From Pseudomonadota bacterium (GTDB taxonomy: Bacteria > Desulfobacterota > Desulfovibrionia > Desulfovibrionales > Desulfovibrionaceae): a DNA stretch of 32,000 nucleotides. Positions 10,509 through 20,483 of the stretch are shown here, one piece after another. The notes beneath the pieces are model-generated. The model saw only the letters and a program-made list of their open reading frames with translations. It searched no databases and had not been told where the DNA came from. The stretch's first letter is position 1, and each line of letters starts with the position of its first letter. Where the stretch lies: contig JAEWQB010000002.1 of the NCBI GenBank assembly GCA_023460395.1, positions 11,517-43,516 on the forward strand, in the 5' to 3' direction. Made by a program: the position numbers and the translations under genes.

Positions 10509-11306
10509 CTATTTGCTCATCTCCCTGTCGCGTTGGCGGGCAAGGAGAACTGCGTCGATAATGTGACCGCGCACGGCTGTGCGGTCCAGATGGTTCACAG
10601 CGGTAATGGTAACTCCGGCAGGAGAACAAACTTGTTCCCGCAGTACGGAAATATGCTGACCGGACTGCTCCGCCAGCGCCACCGAGCCTTTGAACAACTG
10701 TACCACCATATCTGTCGCGTCCTTTCGTGTAAAGCCTGTGGTAACTGCGGCTTCGATGACGGCCTCCATAAAATGGAACACATACGCGGGGCCGCATCCC
10801 GCCACAGCGGTAAATGCGCCGAACTTGCTCTCTTCCAGAGCCAGCACGGTGCCTATGCCGCTGAAGAGCGCCTCTATTTCTTCCCGGCAGGCCGGAAGGA
10901 GTGCGGGGTCGTCAAAGCACATGGCGAAAATGCCTTCTCCCACCATGGCGGGAGTGTTGGGCATGCAGCGTACTACGGGGCAGATACCGCCGCTGTCTTC
11001 GCGCAGTGCCGCCTGTGTGACACCGGCAGCCACACTGATGATGACTTTGTCCGGTGTTAGCTCCGGCGCGATTTCTTGCAAAACTTGCGCTACTTGCGCG
11101 GGCTTAACCGCCAGCACAATGTAGTCAGCCACGCGGGCCAGTTCTGAGGCGGACACAGCCACGTGCAAGGGCACGTCGCGCTGCAACTGCTCAAGCTTTG
11201 CCGCGCTCCGGTTGTATCCCGCCAGCGAGAGGCCGTCTTTACCGTGTAGTCCTTTGAGGATGGCGGAACCCATGTTCCCGCATCCAATGCAGCCCAGCGT
11301 GCTCAT
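10509..11306 (-). CDS. proC: Pyrroline-5-carboxylate reductase
   Basis: [20 protein letters not shown]...VILAVKPAQVAQVLQEIAPELTPDKVIISVAAGVTQAAL...VVRCMPNTPAMVGEG...AVAGCGPAYVFHFMEAVIEA...QVCSPAGVTITAVNHLDRTAVRGHIIDAVL. Confidence 0.95.
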   Translation of the reverse strand: MSTLGCIGCGNMGSAILKGLHGKDGLSLAGYNRSAAKLEQLQRDVPLHVAVSASELARVADYIVLAVKPAQVAQVLQEIAPELTPDKVIISVAAGVTQAALREDSGGICPVVRCMPNTPAMVGEGIFAMCFDDPALLPACREEIEALFSGIGTVLALEESKFGAFTAVAGCGPAYVFHFMEAVIEAAVTTGFTRKDATDMVVQLFKGSVALAEQSGQHISVLREQVCSPAGVTITAVNHLDRTAVRGHIIDAVLLARQRDREMSK

Positions 11307-11725
11307 TAGCCGGTAATCTCCAGCGCGTTGAAAAAGTAGCCAATTTCAAACGCAGCGGTTTCGGGAGCGTCGGAACCATGCACGGAATTCGCTTCAAGGC
11401 TTTCAGCAAATTCTTTACGCAGGGTGCCCTCAGCGGCGTTCGCCGGGTTGGTGGCTCCCATGAGTTCACGGTAACGCGCAATGGCGTCCTCACCTTCCAA
11501 TACGGAGCAGACTACCGGGCCGGAACACATGAATTCCGTAAGGCTGCCGAAGAAGGGGCGCTCTTTGTGCACGTGGTAAAAGCCTTCTGCCTGTTCGCGG
11601 GTCATGTGGATCTTTTTCATTGCGACTATCCGCAGACCCGACTCCTGAATACGGGCAAGAATTTTGCCTTCCAGATTCCGTTTTACCGCATCGGGTTTAA
11701 CGATTGAAAACGTTTGTTGCAACAT
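11306..11725 (-). CDS. ndk: Nucleoside diphosphate kinase
   Basis: [72 protein letters not shown]...[40 protein letters not shown]. Starts at 11725 or 11734 are both possible; the track ORF starts at 11743. Confidence 0.96.
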   Translation of the reverse strand: MLQQTFSIVKPDAVKRNLEGKILARIQESGLRIVAMKKIHMTREQAEGFYHVHKERPFFGSLTEFMCSGPVVCSVLEGEDAIARYRELMGATNPANAAEGTLRKEFAESLEANSVHGSDAPETAAFEIGYFFNALEITG

Positions 11726-11795
11726 GACAGACATTCCTCTCAATGTGTACTTTTTTCACTATGCCGAAGGGGCAACTCCTCCGGCGGGCCACAGA

Positions 11796-13202
11796 TTATT
11801 CAGAAAGCAGGGAGTGGACAGTCACCACGTTTACTTTGCGGTTACGCGAGGCTTCCCACTGCCTGAGTGCTGCGAGGGTTTCTGGATAGGGGTGACCTAT
11901 CACGATGGCTTTACCCGAAGACAGGGCAATGCGTTCCCCTTTTTCCAGTTGGTGCACGATGCTGGGGACATCGCGGATAACGTCTATGAACACGTTGCGC
12001 CGGTGTGCTTCCATACCGCGCTGCTGTGCTTCCGCGAACATAACGGACTTGGGGTGCGTCCAACTGTCGAGTATGAAGAGGTTGTGCTGCTGCAATTCGC
12101 TCAGCACGGCCCCCACTGCCGCCCGGTTCTGGGTAAAGCGAGAACCCATGTGGTTGTTTATTCCCACGGCTTCGGGGACCATCTTAAGGTTTTCCGCAAG
12201 GATTGTGCGGATTTGATCCGCGGTCATCTGTACGAAAAGAGCACCCGGACCGGGCTGCGCTTCCGGGTAGGCCATGGGTTCCATGGGCTGGTGAACAAGA
12301 ATCTCTTCCCCGCGCTTGCTGCCGATTTCCGCCACGCGGCGGGTGTGGGTGGCATGAGGCCAGATGGCGAAGGTGACAGGATAGGAAAGCTGGGCCAGCG
12401 TGTTCGCCGCCTGCACGTTTTCACCAAGGTCGTCAATGACAACAGCCATGCGCGGAAGGGACGGTGCCCCTGTCTGCTGGCCTTTCGACTGGTCTTTTGA
12501 CTGATCTTTTGACTGATCTGGCAGTCGGGCTGTCCCCTGATCGGGCGTGCCGCTCACTGGCTGACCGGGCTGCGAAAGAGCCGGGGAGGTGGCTTGGGGC
12601 TGACCGGAACCGGCTGGCAACTCTTCCGGCGTTGTGCGCGGGGAATTGCCGGTGTTTTGCATCGGTTCTCCGCCGTCTTGCTCCTCGCGTTGAGACAGTT
12701 CCGGTTGGTCCTTCGAGAGGGTCAGGGCGATGTCATGGGTGACAACCCCGCTGGTGGTGATAAAATAATGGGTGTCCGACTCTTTTGCCAGCAGGGCGTC
12801 CGGTGCCCAACGATTCAGTGCGGCGGTGATCGTGGTTGCGAATTCCTGCTGGTCGGGGACCGTAATGCGCAATATCTGGAAGTGATATTCTTGTCCCTGC
12901 TCCGCGCGGGTTTCCACCGCTTCCAGCCGGATAGCCCGTTGGTCCAGCGTCATGTGGGCCAGTGTTTGCAACAGGGCGTAATCGATTTTTTTCACGCCTT
13001 GCTCCAGAGGCGCGTCCAGTGCCTCCTCATAGGGAAGGCTGGTGGCGTTCACTCGCTCCCTCACCGTGGAGGTGGTGTCGGGGGAGCGGAGCAGCGCGTA
13101 AACAAAGACAATGCTGAAAAGCAGGCAACATACTGCGCACAGGATAAGTAGTACGCGGCGGGGCATGGTGATATTTTTGGGGAGGCGGGAAAAAAGGGGC
13201 AT
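11796..13202 (-). CDS. Divergent polysaccharide deacetylase family protein (PF04748-type), with N-terminal membrane anchor
   Basis: N-terminal TM segment MPRRVLLILCAVCCLLFSIVFVYALL; C-terminal domain PRMAVVIDDLGENVQAANTLAQLSYPVTFAIWPHATHTRRVAEIGSKRGEEILVHQPMEPMAYPEAQPGPGALF...NNHMGSRFTQNRAAVGAVL...ALSSGKAIVIGHPYPETL. Confidence 0.88.
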   Translation of the reverse strand: MPLFSRLPKNITMPRRVLLILCAVCCLLFSIVFVYALLRSPDTTSTVRERVNATSLPYEEALDAPLEQGVKKIDYALLQTLAHMTLDQRAIRLEAVETRAEQGQEYHFQILRITVPDQQEFATTITAALNRWAPDALLAKESDTHYFITTSGVVTHDIALTLSKDQPELSQREEQDGGEPMQNTGNSPRTTPEELPAGSGQPQATSPALSQPGQPVSGTPDQGTARLPDQSKDQSKDQSKGQQTGAPSLPRMAVVIDDLGENVQAANTLAQLSYPVTFAIWPHATHTRRVAEIGSKRGEEILVHQPMEPMAYPEAQPGPGALFVQMTADQIRTILAENLKMVPEAVGINNHMGSRFTQNRAAVGAVLSELQQHNLFILDSWTHPKSVMFAEAQQRGMEAHRRNVFIDVIRDVPSIVHQLEKGERIALSSGKAIVIGHPYPETLAALRQWEASRNRKVNVVTVHSLLSE

Positions 13203-13316
13203 GTGGCAGCAGCGTCCGTCGTGTGGCAGAGGGAGAAAAAACCCTTCCGGGGCGAGGGAAACGCCCCGGAAGGTGGTCAGTATAAGGTATGCCGCAGGCT
13301 CGCTAAGGCGTGCCCT

Positions 13317-14612
13317 TTAGTGGATGGTTTGAATGCGCGGCAGCGAATGGGCCAGTTGCAGGGCAAGGCGCAATTGGTTGTCGCGATCCAGTGCCTCCTG
13401 CGCCTCTTTGCTGCGCTTGAAGCCGTCTTTGGGCGCGGTGCCGTGCGGATCGTCAGCAGCCGGATTTTCTAAATGCCCGTTAAGGTCTTTTTCCCGCAGG
13501 AAACGGCGGGGTTTGCCGTCTTCCTCGCGCGGCGGCTCAAACGGCAGCACGATATCGGGCTGAATGCCTTCCGCCTGAATGGAGGTTCCATTGGGCGTGT
13601 AATAGCGGGCGATGGTCAGTTTTACCGCTCCGCCGTCATTCAGGGGAATAATGTTCTGCACGGAGCCTTTGCCAAAGCTACGCTCACCCACCAGCAGCGC
13701 GCGTTTTTGGTCACGCAGGGCACCTGCCACAATTTCCGAGGCAGAGGCGGAGCCAGCGTTGATAAGCACTACCATGGGAACGGTGATGTCCGAATCTTGC
13801 GGACGCGCGGTAAAGTCCCGGCTTTCTTCGCCGCGTCCGCGAATGGACACCACGGTGCCTTCGTTAAGGAAAGCGTCCGCCACGCTGACGGACTGGTCAA
13901 GCAGTCCGCCGGGATTGTCGCGTAGATCTAAAATGATGCCTTGGAGAGTATGTTTTTTGGTATATTCTCCAATTTTTTCATATAATTCGTCGGTAGTGCG
14001 CTCGGAGAAGCGGACCACCCGAACCCACAGGAATCCGTCATCCAGCACCCGTGTTTTTACACTGATAAGCGGAATAGTATCCCGTGTAATGGTAACTTCT
14101 TTGGGTTCTTTGTCGTTTTTGGAGAGAACGGTCAGGGTAACGGAAGAACCTTTGGGGCCTTTGATTTTGGAGACGGCTTTGCTGAGCGAGATGTCCTGCG
14201 TGGCAACGCCGTCCACTTCCAGAATCAGGTCGCCACTGAGCATGCCCGCTTTCCATGCGGGTGTGTCTTCAATGGGCGCCACGACTTTAAGGATACCGTT
14301 TTCGTCCTGCGTGATTTCAATGCCGATACCGAAAAATTCGCCGGAAGTTGCCTCCTGCATGTCCTTATATTCCTGCGGATCAAGGAAGCTGGAGTGCGGG
14401 TCTAGCGATTGGAGCATGCCCTGAATGGCACCGTCCATCAGATCTTTGCGGCTGACATCATTAACGTAGAAGCGTTCTACCATGTCCAGTATCTGGCTAA
14501 AACGCTTAAGCGAATCAAACTTGCTCTGCTCCTCCCGGGCAAGACCGGGCACAGTGGAAAAGGCGAGAAACGCCAGAGTGACAGCGGAAGCCACCCACAT
14601 GGTAATACGCAT
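13317..14612 (-). CDS. ctpA: Carboxyl-terminal processing protease, S41 family, PDZ-containing
   Basis: VERFYVNDVSRKDLMDGAIQGMLQSLDPHSSFL...GIGIEITQDENGILKVVAPIEDTPAWKAGMLSGDLILEVDG...LDLRDNPGGLLDQSVSVADAFL...LINAGSASASEIVAGALRDQKRALLVGERSFGKGSVQ. ATG 14612 follows GGAGG. Confidence 0.95.
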   Translation of the reverse strand: MRITMWVASAVTLAFLAFSTVPGLAREEQSKFDSLKRFSQILDMVERFYVNDVSRKDLMDGAIQGMLQSLDPHSSFLDPQEYKDMQEATSGEFFGIGIEITQDENGILKVVAPIEDTPAWKAGMLSGDLILEVDGVATQDISLSKAVSKIKGPKGSSVTLTVLSKNDKEPKEVTITRDTIPLISVKTRVLDDGFLWVRVVRFSERTTDELYEKIGEYTKKHTLQGIILDLRDNPGGLLDQSVSVADAFLNEGTVVSIRGRGEESRDFTARPQDSDITVPMVVLINAGSASASEIVAGALRDQKRALLVGERSFGKGSVQNIIPLNDGGAVKLTIARYYTPNGTSIQAEGIQPDIVLPFEPPREEDGKPRRFLREKDLNGHLENPAADDPHGTAPKDGFKRSKEAQEALDRDNQLRLALQLAHSLPRIQTIH

Positions 14613-14641
14613 TACAGATCCTCCGAGAGACCGTATCCTAT

Positions 14642-15772
14642 CTAATTCAAAGCTGTTAGCCACGGTTCAGGGTTAATGGCTTTTTGGTGAAAACGCAATT
14701 CGAAATAGAGTCCGGGGCCTTCCACGTTAGGAAAATATCCTGCGGTACCCAGCCTTTGTCCCCGTTTTACCGTTTGCCCCACTTCAAGATCGCTGGCGGC
14801 AAGGTAGGCGTAGAGGGAGTAGTAGGCTGAATCGTGCATGACGATAACCACACGACCAAATCCACGCAGAATGTCATTGTGTACCACTTTTCCTGAGAAA
14901 ACGGAAACCACTTCCGCATCGGGAGGTAGTGAAAGTCCTATACCGCGTGTGGGCGGGGTGGCTCCGGGCGCGTAGCGCAGGGAGAGTAACCCACGGGCGG
15001 GCCACGGAAGCGCGCCTTTGTATTTGGCGAAATCGCCGGCGACAGGGGCGTCCTGTAATTGATAATTGAGGCTGTTGATGACAGAGAGTACGTCTTTTAG
15101 CGTCGCCTCGGCATCTTCCTTTTGCTTGCGCACGGTGCGGAGCTGGCTGTTATAGCGCAATCTGTCCCGCAATATTTGGTCCTTGCTCCGGTTCACGGCG
15201 GCAAGACGTTCTTGTGCCTTTTTTTCCAGTGCCTGCTGCTGGGCCACCGATGCGGCGAGATCCTGCTGCTGCACCGCCAGTTCGGCATATTTACCGTCTA
15301 TGGCGGCGAACACTCGCCCTGTCCATTCGAGATGCCTGTCCGCTTCCTGCCAGCCGGGCGTGTTGGCCCCGCGTCCGGCCTGGCTTTGCGTGTACAGAGG
15401 CCACATGGCTTCCAGCAAATCCGCCAGTTCGGCTTCTGTTTTTTCCTGCCGGGCCAGCAGACGCGCATGCTCCTGCTCTGCGGTGCGGCGGCTTGCCCCC
15501 AGAGCGGTCAGTTCCGCTTCCTGAGCGGAGAGGCTTTTTTCCAGCGCCTGTATACGGTCCTCTGATTGCGCAAGCTCTTTATGAAGGCTGCGTTCGCTGG
15601 AGGAAAGTTTGTTCAGAGTCTGCTTGGTCTGCGCTGCTTTCTTTTCCTGCGCTTTGATATCCTGCGTGAGGGAACGTCCGGCGAGGGCGGCGTTTGTCGC
15701 TCCGAAGAGCAGCACCGCGACACCAAGCAGGGAGAAAAGGACGGCGGGGAGGAGTCGGGAAAGGCGGATCAT
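14642..15772 (-). CDS. Murein hydrolase activator EnvC-like, M23-family peptidase with coiled coil
   Basis: N-terminal signal/TM, long coiled coil (LNKLSSSERSLHKELAQSEDRIQALEKSLSAQEAELTAL...), C-terminal LysM/M23-like region KVVHNDILRGFGRVVIVMHDSAYYSLYAYLAASDLEVGQTVKRGQRLGTAGYFPNVEGPGLYFELRFHQKAINPEPWL. Confidence 0.87.
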   Translation of the reverse strand: MIRLSRLLPAVLFSLLGVAVLLFGATNAALAGRSLTQDIKAQEKKAAQTKQTLNKLSSSERSLHKELAQSEDRIQALEKSLSAQEAELTALGASRRTAEQEHARLLARQEKTEAELADLLEAMWPLYTQSQAGRGANTPGWQEADRHLEWTGRVFAAIDGKYAELAVQQQDLAASVAQQQALEKKAQERLAAVNRSKDQILRDRLRYNSQLRTVRKQKEDAEATLKDVLSVINSLNYQLQDAPVAGDFAKYKGALPWPARGLLSLRYAPGATPPTRGIGLSLPPDAEVVSVFSGKVVHNDILRGFGRVVIVMHDSAYYSLYAYLAASDLEVGQTVKRGQRLGTAGYFPNVEGPGLYFELRFHQKAINPEPWLTALN

Positions 15773-16482
15773 GCGGTGTCTCCGTGGAGATGGTCGGGCA
15801 GATAGGGAGACAGCGGGCACACTTCGCACCGGGGTGCGCGTTTATGGCACCATTCTTTGCCCACACGCACGATGAGCGCGTGGTATTCATTATATAAGGG
15901 CGCATCGGGGGGCAGCACGTCCATAAAAAACGCGCGTAGTTCGTCATAGCGGACGTCTTCCGGGAGCAGACTGTGGCGTGTACACAGCCGGTGGGTGTAG
16001 GCGTCCACCACAAAGGTGGGGAGTCCGGCGGCGTAGAGGGCAATGGCGTCTGCCGTTTCCGGCCCTATTCCCGAAACGCGGAGCAGAAGGGTGCGGGCTT
16101 CTTCCGGCTCGCGCGTTGCGAGGTTGGTGATGTCATCTTCGCAGAAGTCGCGCAGCCAGTGCATGAGCGCATGCAACCGTTTTGCTTTGATATTGTGATA
16201 CCCGGAAGGGCGGATACACTGTGCCAGATCGTGTTCCGGCATTGAGCGCAGGGCGTGAGGTGACAGTGCGTCTCGCTCTTTAAGGTTGGCGATGGCACGT
16301 TCTACGTTTGTCCAACTGGTGTTTTGCGTGAGAATAGCCCCCACGATAATCTCAAATGGCGAATCGCCGGGCCACCAGTGACTGGGGCCCAGCCGCTCCA
16401 GCATGGAGTGGTACATAGTCATGAGCAGGCGTTCACGCGTCATTGTGGGCCGTATGCTATCGTTTCCCCCGGCGAGTGGCAA
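15769..16482 (-). CDS. Endonuclease III-like HhH-GPD base-excision DNA repair protein with 4Fe-4S cluster
   Basis: PFEIIVGAILTQNTSWTNVERAIANLK...LLRVSGIGPETADAIALYAAGLPTFVVDAYTHRL and C-terminal Cys cluster CHKRAPRCEVCPLSPYLP. Likely start is an internal Met (MTRERLL). Confidence 0.9.
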   Translation of the reverse strand: MPLAGGNDSIRPTMTRERLLMTMYHSMLERLGPSHWWPGDSPFEIIVGAILTQNTSWTNVERAIANLKERDALSPHALRSMPEHDLAQCIRPSGYHNIKAKRLHALMHWLRDFCEDDITNLATREPEEARTLLLRVSGIGPETADAIALYAAGLPTFVVDAYTHRLCTRHSLLPEDVRYDELRAFFMDVLPPDAPLYNEYHALIVRVGKEWCHKRAPRCEVCPLSPYLPDHLHGDTA

Positions 16483-16512
16483 CAGGTCCGTGGGCTGTCA
16501 CGCGCAACGCAG

Positions 16513-19188
16513 CTATTTTCCCCGCAGGCGACGGGTTGTGTGCCGGGTGGGCAGCGCTGTTGTTGGGTCTTCGGGCCATGGGTGTTTGGGATAGCGCCCC
16601 CGCATTTCGGCACGCACAGCGGGGTAGCCGTTTTTCCAGAACGAGGGAAGGTCGCATGTAACCTGAAGCGGCCTGCCCGCAGGGGAAAGCAGATGAACAG
16701 TCAGCGGATGGCGGCCTGAGGCGATGGTGGGGGTTTGGCTGGCTCCGAACATCTCTTGCAATTTTACCGGGAGGATGGGCGCTGTGCCGTCCGCGTAATC
16801 CAGACGGATATGCGAACCGGAGGGGACAGTGACATGAGTGGGGGCTTCCGCGTCCAGACGGCGCAGAAGGGACCAGTCCAACCGGGTTCGCAGCGCAGAG
16901 AGCAGGTCCACCGTGGAAAATTGCGAGCGCCGCGTGACGCCGGAAAGAAAGGGGGCAAGCCACATTTCCAGCGAATCCAGCAGGGCCGGGTCATGCATAT
17001 CCGGCCAGCAACCGGCGTCTGCTTGGGGGGCCAGCCCGCGTAAAAAGTTGACGCGGGCACACAGGGTGCGGGCTTCCGCATCCCACGGCAGGCAATGCAG
17101 GCCAAGCGAACGGATGCCATCCAGTATGGCTGTCCGCACGGCTTCCCGCGTGGCTTCCGTATCGTTGGCGAGCGGGGCATCCGCCAGTATGAGGGCACCC
17201 AAACGGGTCTGCTTTCTGGCGGAAACAGCCTCGGAACGGGAATCCCACGCAATGTGCGCATGCTCAACGCACTGCCGGGCAAACCGGTTTTCCAAAACCT
17301 CGCGGGAGATGGGGGCCGCTGTCCATATGCGGGCGCGTGCGGCGTTTCCGTCCAACTCCGCCACGGCGAGAAAGGGATCGTGGGCAAGAGGTGCCTCTGG
17401 CGGGAGCACGGCGGAACGTCCGTTGGCAAGGCGGAAAAGCCCGTTGCCACGTTGCTGCGCGATGCGGTCTGGATATGCGAGGGCCAGACACTCCCCGGCA
17501 TCGTCCGCCCGCACGGAGGAGCCGTGGGAAGGAAACCCGGCAGGGGCGATGTTCCGCAGTACCCGCTGTATGTGGTCAAATGCGGCGCTTACGGCACGGG
17601 AGGCGGTCTGCGCCGGAGAGGCAAGCCGGGCTACGGCGGAGCGCAGGTCCACCTCGCGCGGGGGGCGTTCCGCGAGCAGTGCCGCCACAGCACAGGCGGT
17701 AGCCGTTAATTCGGGGGACTCGTCCATGGTGGTAAGAACCATGTGCGCAAGACGCGGGTGCAACGGCAAGGAGAGCAAGGCCGATCCGTGCGGGGTGATG
17801 CGCTGGGCGGCGTTCAATGCGCCTATTTCTTGAAGCAACGTCACGGCTTGGGCAAAATTGCCACTTGGCGGTGGGGTAAGCCACGGCAGAGCACAGGCCG
17901 CGCTATATCCAGTCACGCCCCATGCCGCGAGTTCCAGCACAAGCGGGGCGAGGTCGGCATCACGAATTTCCGGCGGGGTAAAAGCACGCATGGAATGTTC
18001 GTCCGCCTGATCCCATAACCGCCAGCAGACACCGGGACTTAGCCGCCCGGCCCGCCCCTGCCGCTGTATGGCGGAAGCGAGGGAAATCTGTTCCGTAACC
18101 AGCCGGGTCATGCCGCTGCCGGGATGAAAGCGAGGAAGCCGGGTGAAGCCAGAGTCCACGACAACCTTGATCCCTTCAATGGTAAGCGATGTTTCCGCGA
18201 TGGAGGTGGCGAGCACCACTTTGCGGGTGCCGTCCGGTGCCGGGGCGATTGCGGCGTCCTGTTCTTGGGGGGAGAGATCCCCGTATAACGGGCGCACCAC
18301 CACGTTCTGCGGTAGGGGAGCCGCATCTGACGGGGCTATGCTTCCGCTTTTTTCAGGAGACCCGCAGAGCATTTCCGCTGTGCGCCGGATTTCTCCCGCA
18401 CCGGGCAGAAAAACCAAAATATCTCCCTGTTCGGTCCGTAGCGCATGGCGCACTGTAGCGGCTACATGAGCGAGCCGCGCTGCTGAAAGCGGCCCGATGG
18501 ATGATACGGAAGGGGCCGGTTGTCCCGTTCGCGTTTCTCGCGGAGGGGGAGCGTGGCGCACGCTGACGGGAAAGGACCGGCCTTCACAGGAAAGGAGGGG
18601 ACAATCGTCCAACAGCGCGGCAACAGGGGCGCAATCCAGCGTGGCAGACATGACAAGCAATCGCAGATCGGGGCGAAGGGCGTTTTGTGCTTCCCGGCAA
18701 AGGGCTAGGCCGAGGTCGGCATGCATGCTGCGTTCGTGGAACTCATCAAAAATGACGATGCCGTAGCCGGAGAGTTCGGGGTCTGCCTGAAGTAACCGGG
18801 TGAGCACGCCTTCTGTGATAACCTCAATGCGGGTCGCGGAGCCGACACGTGTTTCATGGCGGATTCGGTAGCCCACAGTCTGACCGGGCTGTTCTCCCAG
18901 AGTGCGGGCCATGAATGCGGCGGCGGAGCGAGCGGCGAGGCGGCGCGGTTCCAGCATGAGAATGCGTTGGCCTGCCAGCCATGGGGTGGTGAGCAACGCA
19001 GGGGGAACACGGGTCGTTTTTCCCGCTCCCGGCGGTGCGTGAAGCAGGGCGTTTGGCGTAACGGAAAGTGTCTGGCACAGCTCGGAGAGCACCGCGTCAA
19101 TAGGAAGCGTGTGCTGGTCCGGTAGGCTCTGGGCGGGTGGAGTGAAACTGGCGGGGCGCGGCGGCATGGGCAGTATGGATTTCCTCAC
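16513..19188 (-). CDS. hrpB: ATP-dependent helicase HrpB
   Basis: LPIDAVLSELCQTLSVTPNALLHAPPGAGKTTRVPPALL...RILMLEPRRLAARSAAAFMA...DEFHERSMHADLGLAL...DILVFLPGAGEIRR...VVLATSIAETSLTIEGIKVVVDSGF...QRQGRAGRLSPGVCWRLW. Confidence 0.95.
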   Translation of the reverse strand: MRKSILPMPPRPASFTPPAQSLPDQHTLPIDAVLSELCQTLSVTPNALLHAPPGAGKTTRVPPALLTTPWLAGQRILMLEPRRLAARSAAAFMARTLGEQPGQTVGYRIRHETRVGSATRIEVITEGVLTRLLQADPELSGYGIVIFDEFHERSMHADLGLALCREAQNALRPDLRLLVMSATLDCAPVAALLDDCPLLSCEGRSFPVSVRHAPPPRETRTGQPAPSVSSIGPLSAARLAHVAATVRHALRTEQGDILVFLPGAGEIRRTAEMLCGSPEKSGSIAPSDAAPLPQNVVVRPLYGDLSPQEQDAAIAPAPDGTRKVVLATSIAETSLTIEGIKVVVDSGFTRLPRFHPGSGMTRLVTEQISLASAIQRQGRAGRLSPGVCWRLWDQADEHSMRAFTPPEIRDADLAPLVLELAAWGVTGYSAACALPWLTPPPSGNFAQAVTLLQEIGALNAAQRITPHGSALLSLPLHPRLAHMVLTTMDESPELTATACAVAALLAERPPREVDLRSAVARLASPAQTASRAVSAAFDHIQRVLRNIAPAGFPSHGSSVRADDAGECLALAYPDRIAQQRGNGLFRLANGRSAVLPPEAPLAHDPFLAVAELDGNAARARIWTAAPISREVLENRFARQCVEHAHIAWDSRSEAVSARKQTRLGALILADAPLANDTEATREAVRTAILDGIRSLGLHCLPWDAEARTLCARVNFLRGLAPQADAGCWPDMHDPALLDSLEMWLAPFLSGVTRRSQFSTVDLLSALRTRLDWSLLRRLDAEAPTHVTVPSGSHIRLDYADGTAPILPVKLQEMFGASQTPTIASGRHPLTVHLLSPAGRPLQVTCDLPSFWKNGYPAVRAEMRGRYPKHPWPEDPTTALPTRHTTRRLRGK

Positions 19189-19286
19189 GTGTCCTGATGG
19201 CTGATGCGTGAATATAGTCCAAAGCGGCTTCGCTGCCTAGCATGCCACCACCTCCCGTGGCGCATGGTGCCCGACGGTCAGGACGG

Positions 19287-20174
19287 TTATTCAATACGCA
19301 CGGCTGTGGGTTGGACCAAAAGAGGTAGGCGCGGTCCAGCGGCAAAGGGGACCAGTCCGTATTGCTGAACGATGGTCGCAAGTTCTCCAGATTCCCGCAA
19401 CTGGTCCAGCGCTCCCTGAAATGAGGCCACAGCGGCGTCCGGCACGCTTTTGTGGAAGGCGTAATACATATAGGCCTCGCGCAGAGGGAATACCGCCTCA
19501 TACTCGTTGGGGGAAAATCCCGCGGCGCGGATCAGGGAATCTGCCGCGACAATATCATAGGCCCATGCGTCTATGCGTCCCCTGTTCATCATTTCCACAA
19601 TACCGGGAGGAAAGGTGGTGAGCACCAGCCGATTTTCAGGGTAGCCCAACTCCAAAAGCAGCCTGTGTCCCATGTCCTGCGGCAGAGCGGCGACGGTGTA
19701 TTGGGATATGTCCGCCGGAGTATGAATGCGTACTTGCCGGTCTTTGCGGGCTATCAGACCCGTGACGGCGGGCATGATGGGACCGGCCCATTTGAAGCAT
19801 GTTTCGCGCGAAGGAGTGCGGGCCACAACAAAAAGGCACGACGCGGGTGTTTCCAGTGCGGTGCGATACGCCCGCGACCATGGCAGAATACGCACGCGAT
19901 CGGGAGACGGTTTGCCCAGAGTCCGCAGCACCGCGCGGAGAACTTCCACGGCTATACCGGCCTGTTTACCTTCCTGATTAACGGTATACGGCGCATATTC
20001 GTCGGAAATCCACGTGATAGCGCTAACATCCATGGGCGAATTTTGTTGCGCATTGCCCGCGTGCGGGGTCAGCAGGAGAAAAAAGAGGCCAATGAGGAGC
20101 GTTTTCGTGAAAATGCCGCCGGTATCACAACGCGCGGAAGCTGGGTTGGGGAAAAAGCGGGGACAACGACGCAT
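19287..20174 (-). CDS. Periplasmic substrate-binding protein (SBP_bac_3 family)
   Basis: Hydrophobic signal region TKTLLIGLFFLLLTPHAGNAQ, then ITWISDEYAPYTVNQEGKQAGIAVEVLRAVLRTLG...PWSRAYRTALETPASCLFVVARTPSRE...FKWAGPIMP. Confidence 0.82.
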   Translation of the reverse strand: MRRCPRFFPNPASARCDTGGIFTKTLLIGLFFLLLTPHAGNAQQNSPMDVSAITWISDEYAPYTVNQEGKQAGIAVEVLRAVLRTLGKPSPDRVRILPWSRAYRTALETPASCLFVVARTPSRETCFKWAGPIMPAVTGLIARKDRQVRIHTPADISQYTVAALPQDMGHRLLLELGYPENRLVLTTFPPGIVEMMNRGRIDAWAYDIVAADSLIRAAGFSPNEYEAVFPLREAYMYYAFHKSVPDAAVASFQGALDQLRESGELATIVQQYGLVPFAAGPRLPLLVQPTAVRIE

Positions 20175-20483
20175 AGATTCTCCAGAAAAGGGGGTGTGGC
20201 ATACGTATATGTTGCTAGCATAGCATCGGTGAATCTATGCGGCAACGCAAATTCTGCCTAACCTTCTTTCGTTCCATCATATGCGGAAGAGCGGCATGTG
20301 CTGTATCTGGTTACGGAAAAAGATGGTTTTTTAAAAAGAATTGCAGGGTTCCGTAAAAATCGTTTGTGGATTGCGCATTTTTTCTTTCCTTCCTTGTTCA
20401 GCCCCTTGACGAGGTGGTGGGGAATGGATATTGATTGCTTAACCAAACAGTTTAAGGGGAAACCGCATCAGGAGGAAACCGTG

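Noticed and set aside
10197-11060. 287-aa plus-strand ORF
   Set aside because: Antisense to proC and the proC terminator region; no recognisable motifs.
14482-15657. Overlapping plus-strand ORFs in the envC/ctpA region
   Set aside because: Antisense to EnvC-like and CtpA genes with clear family features.
16838-17833. 331-aa plus-strand ORF rich in Arg/Ala/Ser
   Set aside because: Antisense shadow of hrpB in a GC-rich region.
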